From Eledone cirrhosa (Eukaryota), in contig OZ024740.1 in NCBI GenBank assembly GCA_964016885.1, positions 246,016,001-246,080,000 on the forward strand: a DNA stretch of 64,000 bases. The letters run 5' to 3'. Of this stretch, positions 37,280-50,704 are shown one piece after another. Numbering within the stretch: the first letter of the stretch is position 1; each line of letters begins with the position of its first letter. The notes beneath the pieces are model-generated. The model was not told the DNA's origin, ran no database searches, and was given only the letters and a program-made list of their open reading frames with translations. The translations under genes and the position numbers were made by a program.

Positions 37280-38620
37280 AAATCTATAGATAGGGATGAT
37301 TAAAAAAAAAGATTTTTATTTAGTAATATACCAGTACGTAAAACTAATATAATGTTACAAATTCTCCTTAAACCCTTGGTTAAAGTATTACTTATATAGT
37401 ATAGTATAGTTATCTTCAACATGGTTTTGTTGCTACCTTTCGTTTCCAACCCCACATTTGGCTTAGTTTGTGCGTTTGCGCTTCTGCATGCAAAACCTTC
37501 ATTCAGGTAACTATAAAACAATGATGGTTGATGTTATTTGTATGAGATCTCGTTTGTTGCAAGGGGGATAACTCTTGCTCATTTTGTGTTTATTTTGTTA
37601 AGCTTATTATTATATTAAGGTGTGTTTGCATACACATACATACATATACTACGTTTCACAAATATACGTATCCTGGTTTGTGGTTATTTAAGGTGATTGT
37701 AGGTTTGTGATATTACTGGCCCATACTGAGAGTAGGTACGTGTTCATGTGTGGGCATTTTCTAATCATCTCATTTTATTGTTTAAATATTTGGTGGCAGA
37801 CTTCAAACCCTGCAATATTCTGTATTTCACACAAAGTAAACACCTTTTTGTTCTTTTAATGTAGGGTTTGGTCTTCTCCAAGCTCTACATTCTATCTTGT
37901 AGTGTATATTCTTGTCTTTAAGCTCCCATACTTGGGTGGCCAGTACTATTATTCTTCTCATGTGTTTAATGATGCAATGTGTGAGTAGTAACACTGTTTA
38001 ATGTGGTCATGTGTCATGCCCACATATTATTCATTTGTGGCCAGTTGGACGTTTACAGTTGGTATAATTGTGGCTTCATAGACTACTGATCTTGTGTTAT
38101 ATTCTTGTAGGGGGCATTCCTCCTTTTTCCTATATGAGCATCCTGGGTTGTCCTGTGGTTTTCTTTTTGCAGTTACTTTTTAGCTCATCAATGGGCTGCA
38201 AGAGTAGCTAACTTTCATTGGCTAGCTGTTAAATATCTTATTATACCTATGCTGAGATGGGAAGTGCTTATCTATTTGTTGTAAGAATTTTCTACCTATG
38301 TTAGTCTTCACTGCTAGGGAGTGGAGTTGTTGAACCAGATCTTTGTATTCCTGTTCTTTTATTTTAGTTGGTAGTCTTTGGTATATATGTAACCCTACCA
38401 CTAAGTGCTTTATTATAGTATGGGATGGCCTGATTGAATATTTCTTTAGAGGAAAATAAATTTGAAATCCTACAACTAATGTTGAGGACAAGGTTTTTGA
38501 ATACTACTGGTAGGTGGCAGGACCCGCTGTTAGTATATCTTAATTTTTCCTTGGGCTTATGATAATGTTTATTGGTTCCTGTGGTTAAATCTAAATTAAC
38601 GTCTAAGAAATTTGCATTAT
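37280..38620 (-). pseudogene. Degenerate Penelope-like element (RT end, GIY-YIG)
   Basis: NFLDVNLDL..YHKP, ISCRISNL..YYNKAL and VKTNIGRKFLQQIDKHFP..YNKIFN. Confidence 0.85.
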
Positions 38621-39152
38621 TTAAGTTAGTGTCAGTGGATTGGCAGTATCGGTACAACGTCAGACACCATGCTTTGCAGTTATATCAAACCCTTCTTGCG
38701 GGATTGGAAACTAATAGTCGTATTGAAGATAACTATACTATAATGTTCCAGCTCTGCATATTGTATAGAGCACTCAGTTACCTTTATCTGTACTATGGAA
38801 TCATTTAACACTACTTATACAAATATGTGTGTGTGTATATGTATGTATGGTCCTGTAACTCCTGATAGAATCGTAGGGGCGCTGTATTGACATACAGTGT
38901 TTCTTGGACATTTTAAGCCTGGGGCGGAGCCCAACCCTCTCCAGGCCTGAGTACAGCAAATTTCTTCCAGAGAGAGGAAGAATCGACCCCAGTAATAGAC
39001 TGGTGCTTTATTTTATCGACCACAAAAGGATGGAAAGCAAAGTTGACCTCGGGGAGATTTGAATTCAGAGAGCAGAGAGCTGGAACGAATAACGTAAAGC
39101 ATTCTAACTGACTTTCTAATGGCTCTGCCAATTCACCGTTTATATATATATA

Positions 39153-39954
39153 TCATAATCTATAAAGCTCAGTGTGTGGTCATGCTCCTTCGTTATAGAA
39201 ATCTACGATATAGAATTTCTTCAATTGAAATTTACAATTCTGTATTCGAAATAGTTTTGATTGCGTCTTGACGCAGATAATTTTTCAATTTCACCCACAA
39301 TTACTCAAAAAATAGATAAAACTCAATATTTTACGATTTTTCTCTCTCATTTAAACTGCTGAACTCTTTCTACTACCATTCAAAATCTATACAACTTCAT
39401 ACTTTCTGCTACTTTCTCTTTCCAAGCTTGATGGTGATACTGTCCATTCACACCACTCCCTACTGTCTTAAATTTAGAAAACACATATCCTCTATGAGGA
39501 CACTAAATCTGCTAGAAACAGCAGCTAACTCTCCCCCATATCACACCACTCCCTACTGTCTTAAATTTAGAAAACACATATCCTCTATGAGGTCACTAAA
39601 CCTGCTAGAAACAACAGCTAACTCTCCCTCATATCACAACTCTCCCTACTGTCTTAAATTTAAAAAACACACAGACAACCATGCAGAACAACTCCATCGC
39701 AGCTCTGTTGTTCGGCTGGCATCGTCTACGCGCGTGTTGCGCAAGTACTGTGAAACAATAAATTTCAACACTTTTTTGCACAGATAATATCCATAGGCGA
39801 AACTACAATTGTCACTGCTGGCGCAGCTCCTGCTTCCAGGTCTGCAATTCATTCACCCAGTGCCTGGCAGACAAAAAAGTGCTACCATAAAATGGGTGGT
39901 GCAACCTAACTTTGGTAACTTAATGACCCCGAGCAACGCCGGGCTTTAATGCTA

Positions 39955-39955
<1 letters not shown>
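39153..39955 (+). mobile_element. Non-autonomous Helitron with internal 93-bp tandem repeat
   Basis: A|TC start; 3' cccgagcaacgccggg hairpin plus CTAG|T. Repeat units start at 39448, 39541 and 39634. Confidence 0.85.
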
Positions 39956-39984
<29 letters not shown>

Positions 39985-39987
<3 letters not shown>

Positions 39988-41442
39988 CCATCTACCCACT
40001 GACCCACCCCTCCACTAATACACTAACCTCTTCCCCCACATCACCAACCACCCACTCGCACCTTTCTTTCTCCCATCACCTCCCCCTACTATTGCCACTA
40101 ACTCACCACCACACACATCCACCCATGTCTCCTACCCCACCCTTGGTTTAGTTCTTTCCCTCTGTACACCACAAAAAACACACACGCATTTACACCCTGA
40201 AAGACACACACACACACACCAGTATATATGCTCACGCATTTGTACACATCAAAACTGATTGACAGCGCCTTCCCACACACACCTACAATATCTCCTCGCA
40301 TGTCCACTACGCTTTATACACACACAAACACATACTGCCATACACACACTACTCTCAGCCTCTTCCGCCGACACACACCTGCCTGTATACATAGCCATCT
40401 ACCCCTCACGCACACACATAGTAGCCATAATCGCTCTCTCCCACCATGTTCTCTTTTGTTGGCACTACCTCCTCCCTTCCCTCTCATACACTTGTCCTGC
40501 CATCATCACCCTCTCCTGCCACTCTTTTAACTTGGCCACTACTTCCAGTTGCACGCGCCACACTGCCATTTCACTTCCTCATCACCACTTTTCTCTCACT
40601 CCGTCTTGGCTTTTACCTCTCGATGCCATCTACGTCACCTACCCCTGGATTTTTACTATCCACACACATACGCCAACACCCATACAGAAACATAGACACA
40701 CACAGACATGTGCACCATTTCCACACACATGAAACTACGCTCCTTACACTAACCCACATCATCCATAGACATACCACGCACACGTCTCTACTCACTATCC
40801 AACTACGCTCTCACACACATTCACTTCTTTTCAACCACATACACACGCACATCTACACATAACACCCACACTTCACCCCATATTGCCTCCAGATTTGACA
40901 TGTTCTCATCCTATCTGGCTTCCTCCATCCACACACACACACACATACACACCAACACCCATACAGGAACATATACAGACACAGACATACACCACTTCCA
41001 CACATACGCAATGTCTTTTCAGAATAAACATTCAGATATACTCGCTTCCTTTTAGACTCTCATACTTACACACACACACACCTTACCTTCTGCCATTCCC
41101 GCTCGGACTCTGATTATCTTGCTTCTCACCCACCTTTATCTGCCCCTCTCCACCTCCACCCACCCCTATACACCTAACACACTACCATGCCCTTGTAATC
41201 CCCCACCCCAGACCTATACACCCCTCCCACCTTTATTTTCACTTTTTTGTTTCTTATATTTATATTTATTTTTCCTTTTCGTGTTCTACACTTGTTAACT
41301 TCCCTCCTTACAACCTCTCAGAGTTCCTCTCAATTTTCCTGATGAAGGACTTACGTCCGAAACGTTGAAATCTCCACTTCCACCAAGCGTAAACCTAATA
41401 CAACTGTGTACAATTGACTCCTGCATTTTGTTTGTTCTTTCC

Positions 41443-41445
<3 letters not shown>
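39985..41445 (+). mobile_element. AC-rich non-coding element ending in a hammerhead-bearing terminus (PLE pLTR-like)
   Basis: Strong C/A strand skew, terminal hammerhead, terminus shared with the 6414-6505 and 50500-50615 modules, and (TA)n on both sides. Confidence 0.6.
41335..41370 (+). ncRNA. Minimal type I hammerhead ribozyme
   Basis: TTTC-CTGATGA-A-GGAC-TTAC-GTCC-GAAA-CG-TT-GAAA; palindromic AACGTT at stem III. Confidence 0.82.
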
Positions 41446-41483
<38 letters not shown>

Positions 41484-42112
41484 CCAGAGAAAATAAGTAG
41501 TCAGTTTTTTTTTTGTGTGAGTGTGAATTATTGATTTTGTTTTTCAATTGTGTACGTTTTAATACACTGAACATAGTGTTGCTTGTAAGATTTGAAACCT
41601 TAATCTTTTGGTTCATTATTCACCTATCTAATCCATTCAACCACAGCAGCTCCTGTCTTAAATGGATGACTCCCTGTATCAGCTTTTTTATTTCAGAAAT
41701 TCAAGTCTGACCTAAATGTTATTAACAAAGCTTACTTTACACAATCATTAATTCATATTATAGTATCAATTGTACTTATTTGTGGACAGAGACATGGTTG
41801 AGTGCTTTTAAGAAGTTCTCTTCACAATCATTAGGCTCTGGATTTGATTCCACTGCATGTTATCTGGATGAGTATCTGGTCAACCCAAGCCTTGTGAGTG
41901 AAATTGGGTTGACAAAATCTGCTTGGAAGCCTGCTGAAGAGATTTTACCTGTAATTCAAAGAACTAGCCTTATCATAACATGTTACACTGAATCTGCTTG
42001 AGAATTATGTTAAATCTACATATGTTTGAATAATGTTCAGAGATTAACACTATAATACAAAATGGACTTTATCACAGTGTCATGCTAATTCGGCTTGACA
42101 ATTATATTAAAG

Positions 42113-42450
42113 CAAAGGTTCTCAAAGTGGGCGCTACTATCCTTGGCGGGCGTTGAGAAGGTCTATGGGGGCGCTGGGGCCTAAGGGGGAGGTGTGGGTA
42201 GTAATGATATAATAGTATATTAAAATATCGAATGATACATATTGTATATAAATATAGTAAAATAAAAAAATATATATTTATTTATACATAGTATATCTTA
42301 TATTATTTATTATATATAAATTGATGATTTAATTTATTATATATTATTTACAAATAGCATGTAGGCAAATCTCTCTGGAAATAATGTTGAAGGGTATGAG
42401 GGTATTACATGGCTGTGAGGGGCGTAGCCCAAAAAGTTTATGAACCTCTG
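42113..42450. mobile_element. hAT (Buster/Charlie-type) MITE
   Basis: TIRs CAAAGGTTCTCAAA / TTTATGAACCTCTG and an 8-bp TSD TATTAAAG/TGTTAAAG with central TA. Confidence 0.8.
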
Positions 42451-44384
42451 TGTTAAAGGAACACACCTGTGTGGAGTACTTAGCCACTTACACATTAATT
42501 TAATTAATTGACTGTTCTGTTGACTGAACTAAAGAAGCACTCATTGTTGAAGGCAATCATGATCTATTTTATTTCTGTCTTCACCATCTATAGAGCTTCT
42601 GTCTTTATTTCATTTAATTCTATCCAGATTCTTTGTGCCAGTTCCTTCATTGTCCAATTTCTGGGTTAAATTTATTAATTCTCATTCCTCTAGATTAGCC
42701 TGAATTGTGAGAATCTCTTACACTCTCTGCTGGAGAATTAAGTGTTGTTTTATTTGTTTATATTCCATCATAAATAAACCTGCTGTTTATTTGTTAGAAA
42801 GGTTTGTGATTTCCTTTAATTACTAAATAGTTTCTATTAGTTGCTACAATATAGTTGACTACTTCACACAGTGCTTTGTCAGCTGATCAGCTTTATTATT
42901 TCAGCATTACAATTATCATCATCACCACCATCAACATTGTTATCATAACCATCATTATTGCCATTATCATCATCGTTATCAAATATTTTGTCCATCATTC
43001 ATGACAACTATTTTATATGTATGTCATTAGAGCAAGAATGTAAATGATGTTGTGTGTTGTCAAATATCTGGTTTAGCCAGTTCTTCCAGATTTAGTAAAA
43101 GTTTCTGAATAATCAACAACACCATCATCACCATCATCATTTATATGTCCACTTTTCCATGTTGGCATGTTGTCACTCAACAAAATATATGGAATTAGAG
43201 TATAGGTTTTCTGGTTGCACACTATTGCTAATGCCAACCACAATATTTGAGTAAATCAAAAAGAAAAATATAATGGTTGTAGTAGTAGTTTAGCTCTAGG
43301 ATTTTCCAGGGTTAATGAAATAAATATTAGTCTAGAACTAATGATGATTGAATTAAAACCTATGAAATTTGGAATGCAGTTATTTCTAATAGTTTGACAT
43401 TGGGTTAAAATTATCATTCAAAAAAATATTTCTTAGTCTAGTCTAGAAGAAAGGGCATTTTTTTTATTTAGTCAGGTAGTCAGGGATGCAAGGGCAGTGT
43501 CCATGACCCTTTTCAGAATTTCCAAGATTAGTGAAAGAGAAGGAAGAAGGTATCCTCAAACTGGAGACTTGGTTGAAATGTTTACAACAGAATAGACTCT
43601 GCTAAAGGCACAGGTGTTTTTATTAAACTAGGTGACTGAAGTAGGCCACAGCAGGGTTTTAAGACAGAATGCAAAGAACTCAAACAAATACCACAAGATA
43701 TCTCATCTGATACTCTAAAAATTCTGCCAAATCCACCACCTTAGATTCATATATTATTTTATCAATCCTGAAAGGATGAAAGGCTAAGTTGACTGGTGAG
43801 ATCTGAACTCAACGCACAGATATGGAACGTACTGCAAGGAATTTTGTCCTATACTGTAATGGCTCAGTCAATACACCACACTGCGGACCAGAGGCCACTG
43901 TATTTTGAGTAGAAAAAGTGGAGAGAGAAGAGGAGATCCCACATCTGCAAGTTACAGGCTGGAGTGTAGTTGTGAGTGACTTTATGCCAAACATTAGAAA
44001 TCAAGTGTATTGTTGTAACTATAATAATACCCAATTAAAATCAAAATGTAGGTTAGTTTTCCTATACAACAGTAACTAAACCTATCAAGGTTGGTTTGTG
44101 GTAGTGAGTTCTCACTATACCAATTGGTGACCCACTTTTCTTGAAGAGGTTCTCTAACCCAAATGACTAATATCTTTGTCAGTAATGTTATGGCTAAATA
44201 GATAAAAGTACTGAACTGTTTGGCTCATGTCCTCACTTCACATTCTGCTGCAGATGTTTCTGAGCAGGGCATATAATCCTACATTGCTTTGATCCACCGA
44301 TTCTTGAGAAAAGCAAGGAAGCTTAGGGAGAATTATTTGTTATTGACGAGAATCTTATTCAGGGAAGGTGTGTGTGTCTGTGTA

Positions 44385-46054
44385 CAGAGTGTATCAGGTA
44401 AATTGGGACAAGTTTCAAATGGGTATATTTCTAAATGTATGGATTTTGTTGGAGTATAAATTTTAAATAGCAGCTTGAATAATCACTTGCACTATTTTTA
44501 AAATCTCAGATTGAACAAATTATGAATCTTAACTATAATAAAAAAAGGAGTGCGGGATTGCGTCCAGAATATATTTTTTTACCCCGTTTGTAAAATAAAT
44601 TGGATTACTTTGAATAAATAATGAATGAATATTACATAATTTATGTACTAAATTTTGTGGCTGTTGATTAAATATATTTTATAGCTTATTTAAAGACCTT
44701 TAAAATTCACTTCTTTAAAATTTTCAAATGTCAACACTTTCGGTTAGCGGCCGTTATATTGTAACACTTATAATTGCATATATTTCCGTCGCTAATTTTC
44801 TCCTAATGCAGTGTATATATATCGTCTTTTTTTAAATGTATCATGGATTACGTTACTGATTACAGAAGACAGTATAACATAGACTTCGTTCAATTTCTGT
44901 GTATATTGTCAATTACGATTTTATTTGATGCATCATATCTACATGTATATATACGTGCGTATAATATCAATGCACACACTACACATGCTAGCTGAAAACC
45001 ACCCGTTGGGTGGTTTTTCTGCTAGTGTTAATAAAAATTTAAACTGTAGAAGTGTAATTGTCAAATTATTCTGTGATGGCAAAGTGCTGGGGAGATTGTT
45101 AGAGCCACAAAGTATGCCAAATCTACTGTTTTTAGAGTTGTAGTCAATTTGAAGAAAAGTCAGGATGTTCAGAGAAAGCCTCACCGTGATCTAAAATGGA
45201 CACTTCACTTTTTAGCAGGACTTAAAAGTTTGATTGTGTTGAATCCATCAAAATTGATGGCGAAGGTGGCTCAAGATCGAGGAATCAATAAAATGACTTT
45301 TTCTAGGGCTGTGTGACAAGACCTCCATATGAAATCATATGTGAGTAGACACTATAACATCCTAACTACCTGCTCCAAATTCATTTGAACTGAAAAAAGT
45401 CCCAAACTTCTTAGTCATCTGAGACATCGTGGCAGAGACATCTGCCTCTTCGTGGATGAAAAGAAGTTCATGGTAGACAAAGTTGCAAATGGTCAAAACT
45501 CATGAGTGATAGCATACGACCATTCCCAAGTTCCTTCAGCTATGCATGGCAAGAATCCGGCTTCCATTATGGTCTTTGGAGTTGTTGCAAGTGATAGGAA
45601 ATTGATACCTCCTCATTTTATTGAAGTGGGTCTTAAAATCAGCTCTTCGAAAAGAGTGCAAGAACTTTTGAAGAAAGAATTGCCCGTGTTTGTCCCTAAA
45701 GATATCTGGCCCTTTAGCTTGCCAGATTTGAATCCGTTTGATATTTGGCTATGGGGCGCAGTTGAAGCAATATCCAATGCAACTTCTCACAACTGTGTGT
45801 CTTCACTGAAGGCTTCAATAAAGCAAACATTTGGTAAAATGAAAAAGGAAGAAATAGTTAAGGCATGTGCATCATTTCGTAAACGGTTTGAACTGGTCAA
45901 GAAAGCAAATAGCACCCACATTTAACTGAAATATGTGCTAAACACTCCACAATGAATTGGCATAAACATAAAATTTGCAGTGTTTGACTTTTCCAAGTTA
46001 TACCAATTATAATAAAGGTATTTAAATGATCCCAGTTTACCTGTTAACACCCTG
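44385..46054 (+). mobile_element. Tc1/mariner-superfamily transposon (maT-like), decayed
   Basis: TA-flanked TIRs CAGAGTGTATCAGGTAAATTGGGA / TCCCAGTTTACCTGTTAACACCCTG; transposase remnants FVDEKKF, IMVFGVV and WPFSLPDLNPFDIWLW. Confidence 0.9.
44527..45025 (+). mobile_element. Complete non-autonomous Helitron nested in the Tc1/mariner element
   Basis: A|TC...aaaaccaccc-gtt-gggtggtttt hairpin, then CTAG|T, with no TSD. Confidence 0.9.
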
Positions 46055-46958
46055 TATATAACCAGTATATTAAACACAACCCTCTCTCAGCCACCATGTT
46101 GTGTTTTGAAAGTACTCTAGTTGTAAATTATTTGTTATCACCCAAATCCCCTCACCATTCTATATTGAAATTTTCTTAGCAATTATAATAAAGAAATTCA
46201 TAAAAAAATTAATGATGCATTGAGTTAATAGACCTTAGTTTCATATAGAGACAACTATCACAAGGTATTTCCATGGATATACACCCATCTCTTTGTATTG
46301 TGCTTGCAAAATAGATACAAAATAATGATGATAATGATATGAAGGTATTTGCCATGTGGTTAACAAGTTTGTTTCACAATCACATGGGGTTCTGAATTTG
46401 ATCCCGTTGTGCGGTACCTTGGGCAAGTGTCTTCTATAGCCTTTGGTTGATCAGTATCTTGTAAGCATCTACCAGTACCTTGGTAGATGGAAACCCCAGA
46501 GGAAGAATTGACACAAGTACTAGACTGGTATTTTTTTTATTGACCTGGAATGGGTGAAAGGCAAAGTAGATCTCAGTGGGATTTGAACTCAGAGAGCAAA
46601 GAGCCAAAACGAATACTGCAAAGCATTCTATCCGATATTCTAATGACTCTGCCAATTTGCCGCCTATGATTTGACAAATAGAGATCAATAAAATGAGTAC
46701 AAGACTGAAATAAGTACTAGAGTCAAACTGGTGCCCCTGTATGTCTTGAGAGACAATGGAATATGAACCTTTCGTTATCTTACAAATACTATCTTAATAA
46801 TGAAATAATTAATAATTTTAGTTAATCCATCTAAATTCTTTATTAATTGAAATACTGTAAATATAGTTATGGAAAGGTTATCAATTATGCTAATCTACAG
46901 CTGGAATAAATACTGTAAGGTATTCTATCTGCTGGCTAATTTTGCAGTGGACTAAATA

Positions 46959-47177
46959 CCCTTTAGCATTCACATTACTCTATATATACTATTGTATTTT
47001 TGTAGTAAACACTTTATCTTACATAAGTATCTCACATAATATCGAATCTGATATTTTGATATTATTTATTTTGAGAACAATACATTAACATCAGTATAAG
47101 CGGCCAGTTTCAACTGGTTTGAACAGAAAGAGGTGAGACATTTCTGGCCAGATACGGCCGGTTTGAATGCTAAAGGG
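46959..47177. mobile_element. piggyBac-type MITE
   Basis: 13-bp TIR CCCTTTAGCATTC / GAATGCTAAAGGG; flanks are degenerate TTAA. Confidence 0.7.
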
Positions 47178-50100
47178 GTAAGGCATTTTTCCTACATGGC
47201 TGATTGAAGACAATGCCCCAGTATGACCACTAAGTCCAATAAGTGCAAGCTAGAATAAAATTGTGCGGTGTGTGTGAGAGAGAGAGGTGAGGAATGTAAG
47301 TTGGGCAGAAAAATTGTATCTTTCTCCACCACCACCTTTGCCTTTGCTCTGTGTGTGAGTCACCTATAGTGAGTGATAGGATATCAGGTGTGAGTGAGCC
47401 AGCACCAGGCTGATCTTTCTAGTGTGACTCATGTTAGTAATTTTTCACCCCCATACATTCCTCCTTCACTATTCACATTATTAATGTTTCTCTTCTTTTC
47501 TATATCCTTCCCTCTTTCTCTTTTGCTACTCTTTCTGTTTCACTCCCTTTTCCTCTTGCACCATTTTTCTCAATCGTTTTTCCCTCTTTTTCACACACTT
47601 TTATTCACTATCTCTTTATTTAAACTCTGTGCCATTCTCTGAACTCACACTATTCATACTCTATCTCCTTCTGCACTCTCTACTCACACTGTGTATCTCT
47701 CTCTCTCTCTCACACACACACAGTCCCCCTCCTTTTCCCCCTCAATATGATATTTGGGGAAACTTCTTAATTTTGTCTTCCTGAATAAAGAAGTCAACAA
47801 CAATTAATAATAATGTTTTCTGATTTAGGCATAAAGCCATCAATTTTTTGGGGAGGGGAAGTAGGATTAAATCAATTCCAGTGCCTTACTGGTACTTTAT
47901 TTTATCGACCCCCCCCCCCTCCCCAAAGGATGAAAGGCAAAGTTAACCTTAGCAGGATTGGAACTCAGAACGTAAAGGCCACAACTATATGCTGCAAAGC
48001 ATGTTGTCCAATACTCTAATAATAAAATAAGGACAAGTACAGCATCAATATTTCCTATGTCATATCGCTGTGTCTCCAAAGCGGCAACATAAAAAAGGTT
48101 GGCATCAAGAAGGAATCCTGCCATAGAAATCTAAAAAAAATTGCTCCTACCAGAGGCTCTGGAAAAGCTTGTGGGCACTATGACTTCACTTAACTTAGTT
48201 TTTCTTGGGCCAAGAAGCTCATCAGGCCAGACCTTAACTTTGTTTCATGTGGCATTGACACATGTCTGTTGCAAGGTTAATCCCACCACGTCTAGGACAC
48301 ATTTGACACACTGCCATGTGTATTTCTAAAAGACAGAGCAAGGTCCATACCATTCTTGTAGCACAGCCAGGCTAAGGAGTTTTTGGAGATTTGCCATAAT
48401 CTACAGCCTGAATATCCATCAGTAAAGTATGTTCAGTTTATCTCAACAATGATTAGAATTTCCCCAACGGTATTGTTGCTCAATGTCACCAGCATTTTTC
48501 TAAGCTGGTTGATTAATAGAATCATTAGAGTGTTGGATAAAATGCCTCCTGTTTTTAGTTATTGTTCATTACTTTCTGAGTTGAAATTCTGTCATGGTCA
48601 ACTTTGCTTTTCAGTGTTGATAAAATAAAGTACCAGTCAATTTAATATTCTTATAAATGAGTATACAGATGAAAGAAAAGGAGCACTCAGTATGATTTAC
48701 AGAGTTTATATACATTTGTTTGAATAAAGAGAATTGCATTATTTTGCATGAGTGGCTTGTGAGTGAATTTGGAAGATGAAGACTGTACAAAGCCCGCTGT
48801 GTGTGTGGGGAAGGTGTTGTGTTTGTACACATATATAATTGTTTCTACTTTAGGCACAAGGCCAGCAAATACCCAGTACATTACTGGTACTTTATTTTAT
48901 CGACCCCATAAGGATGAAAGGCAAAGTTAACCTCGGCGGGATTTGAACTCAGACTGTAAAGGGACGTAATTATGCTAGAAAGCATGGCGTCCAACCCTCT
49001 ACCGATCCTGCCAAATGAGCGTATATATGTGTATATATTCCTCTGTTTGTCTTGTTCCCTTTGCTTAGCATTTGATATCATTAATGTAGATGGTGATATT
49101 TGTTTATGTTCTACACGAACAGAAATCCCCTGGCCCAGTCAATGGATGTTCAAAGATCCATATCTTACTTGGCAACTGACCAAAAATGAGGTGAAAAGTT
49201 ATGCGTGTGTTTGCGTGAATGTATGTCTGTCTTAGTGTATGTGAGAGTAGCAACAATTTATTCATTTGGACAGCAACAAAAAAATACACAGTGAATATTG
49301 TTTACTTTAAGGTGCTTCAAGATTGACAGATTTTCATTTCTAAATTCTATTATCATTACAATTTCAATATTTAAAAAATAAAATATAGAATATTTTGAAA
49401 TAATAATTATGAGAAAAAAAACATATCTTCATATTTATTGTTTACTAATTGAAGAACAGCAGCAGTAACCCGGGCAACGCCGAGTAATTCAGCTAGTAAT
49501 ATTATAAAGTAATTGTCTCTAATACCTAAGCATCTTAATGAAAGGAAAAGATATATCAATAAATTGATAAACTAATAATCCACTCAGAGAAGTATTAAAG
49601 ATATTAAATTTAATCCCAAATCACACTTTGTGGGGGAATACAAGTCCAATTGGCTAAAGGAGCCAATTCCAACCTATATATGATAAAACTTCACTTCTCC
49701 CAGCATTAGTTATTACAATGTCTTGAAATTCAATGTACTGGCTCTTTGAGCTTTTGGAACCATAGCTGGGGCACTATACAGGTGGGAATTGACTTCCTTT
49801 AGCTAAGTTGACTTGTATGTGTGTGTTTATATGTGATGGTCATCCTCTCACCATTGTATTAACACCGCGACTCTTGATTTAGAATTTAGGACATTAAATG
49901 TGTGTAGTTTGATTTATGAGTTAGAATTTAGGCCATAAAATATGTGGGAGCTTTCCTTATTTAAAAATATTTTACTCCACTGGAAGTGTTTTGTAAGGAA
50001 AGCTGACTACTATCATCAGTATAGGTTGAGTTAGTAACTATGTAGAAGCTGTGTAGTTAGCTTGATAACATTGATGGTGATGATGATAATAGTGATGAAT

Positions 50101-50499
50101 TTTCCCCTCAAGGCTGTTACAGTACAATGTCATCCAAATGATTTAAAAAAAAAATTATAGCTTTATTTTACAGCTCCAGACAAAATTCCATTAATGTCAT
50201 TCCCCCCTCTTCCCACCCACCTCATTTTACCACTCCACCCTATCTCATCCCACCTTATTCCACCTCCATAACATTCCACTATATTTGTCTTTAATGAATC
50301 CATTAAGCTTCTGTTTAGTAACTTAGTCATGTCCTCTAAATGGCATTTTACTAGCCCAACCTCGGTGATTTCAAATAAGATTGTGTTTCTACTGATTGTT
50401 TTGGTCTTATATATATATATTACCTATCTTTCTCCTCCCAACTTCCTTTTTCTAAACTTTCTCACACTATTAATACGCCTGTTCTCTCCTTATCTGAAC

Positions 50500-50535
50500 T
50501 TTCCCGAAGAAGGACTTCTGTCCGAAACATTGAAA
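50500..50535 (+). ncRNA. Decayed minimal hammerhead (same family as 41335)
   Basis: TTTC-CCGAAGA-A-GGAC-TTCT-GTCC-GAAA-CA-TT-GAAA; core U>C and stem III CG>CA changes. Confidence 0.65.
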
Positions 50536-50652
50536 CCTCCTCCACTTCCTCCAAGCATGAACCTAATATAACTGTAATTTTGCTCCTTGTGTTTTGTTTT
50601 GTTCCATTTATTAACTATATATATATTCATTTATATTAAGGCTAAAAAGTGA

Positions 50653-50704
50653 GTCTTGTTACTTTGGAGTTTTGCCTGTTTATCACAGGATCATCAGACA
50701 AAAA
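50653..50704 (-). ncRNA. Decayed hammerhead
   Basis: Minus strand: TTTTGT-CTGATGA-T-CCTGT-GATAA-ACAGG-C-AAAA (for GAAA)-CT-CCAA-AG-TA-ACAAGA. Confidence 0.6.

Noticed and set aside
37400-37516. Hammerhead in the pLTR of the 37-38 kb PLE
   Set aside because: The core reads CTGAATGA and GAAA is missing after the GGTTTTG/CAAAACC stem; too decayed to call.
49124-49190. Possible host exon (AG..GT, open frame IPWPSQWMFKDPYLTWQLTKNE); similar candidates near 27208-27277 and 33331-33459
   Set aside because: Weak splice signals, no recognisable protein and no chain of compatible exons; RNA-seq would be needed.
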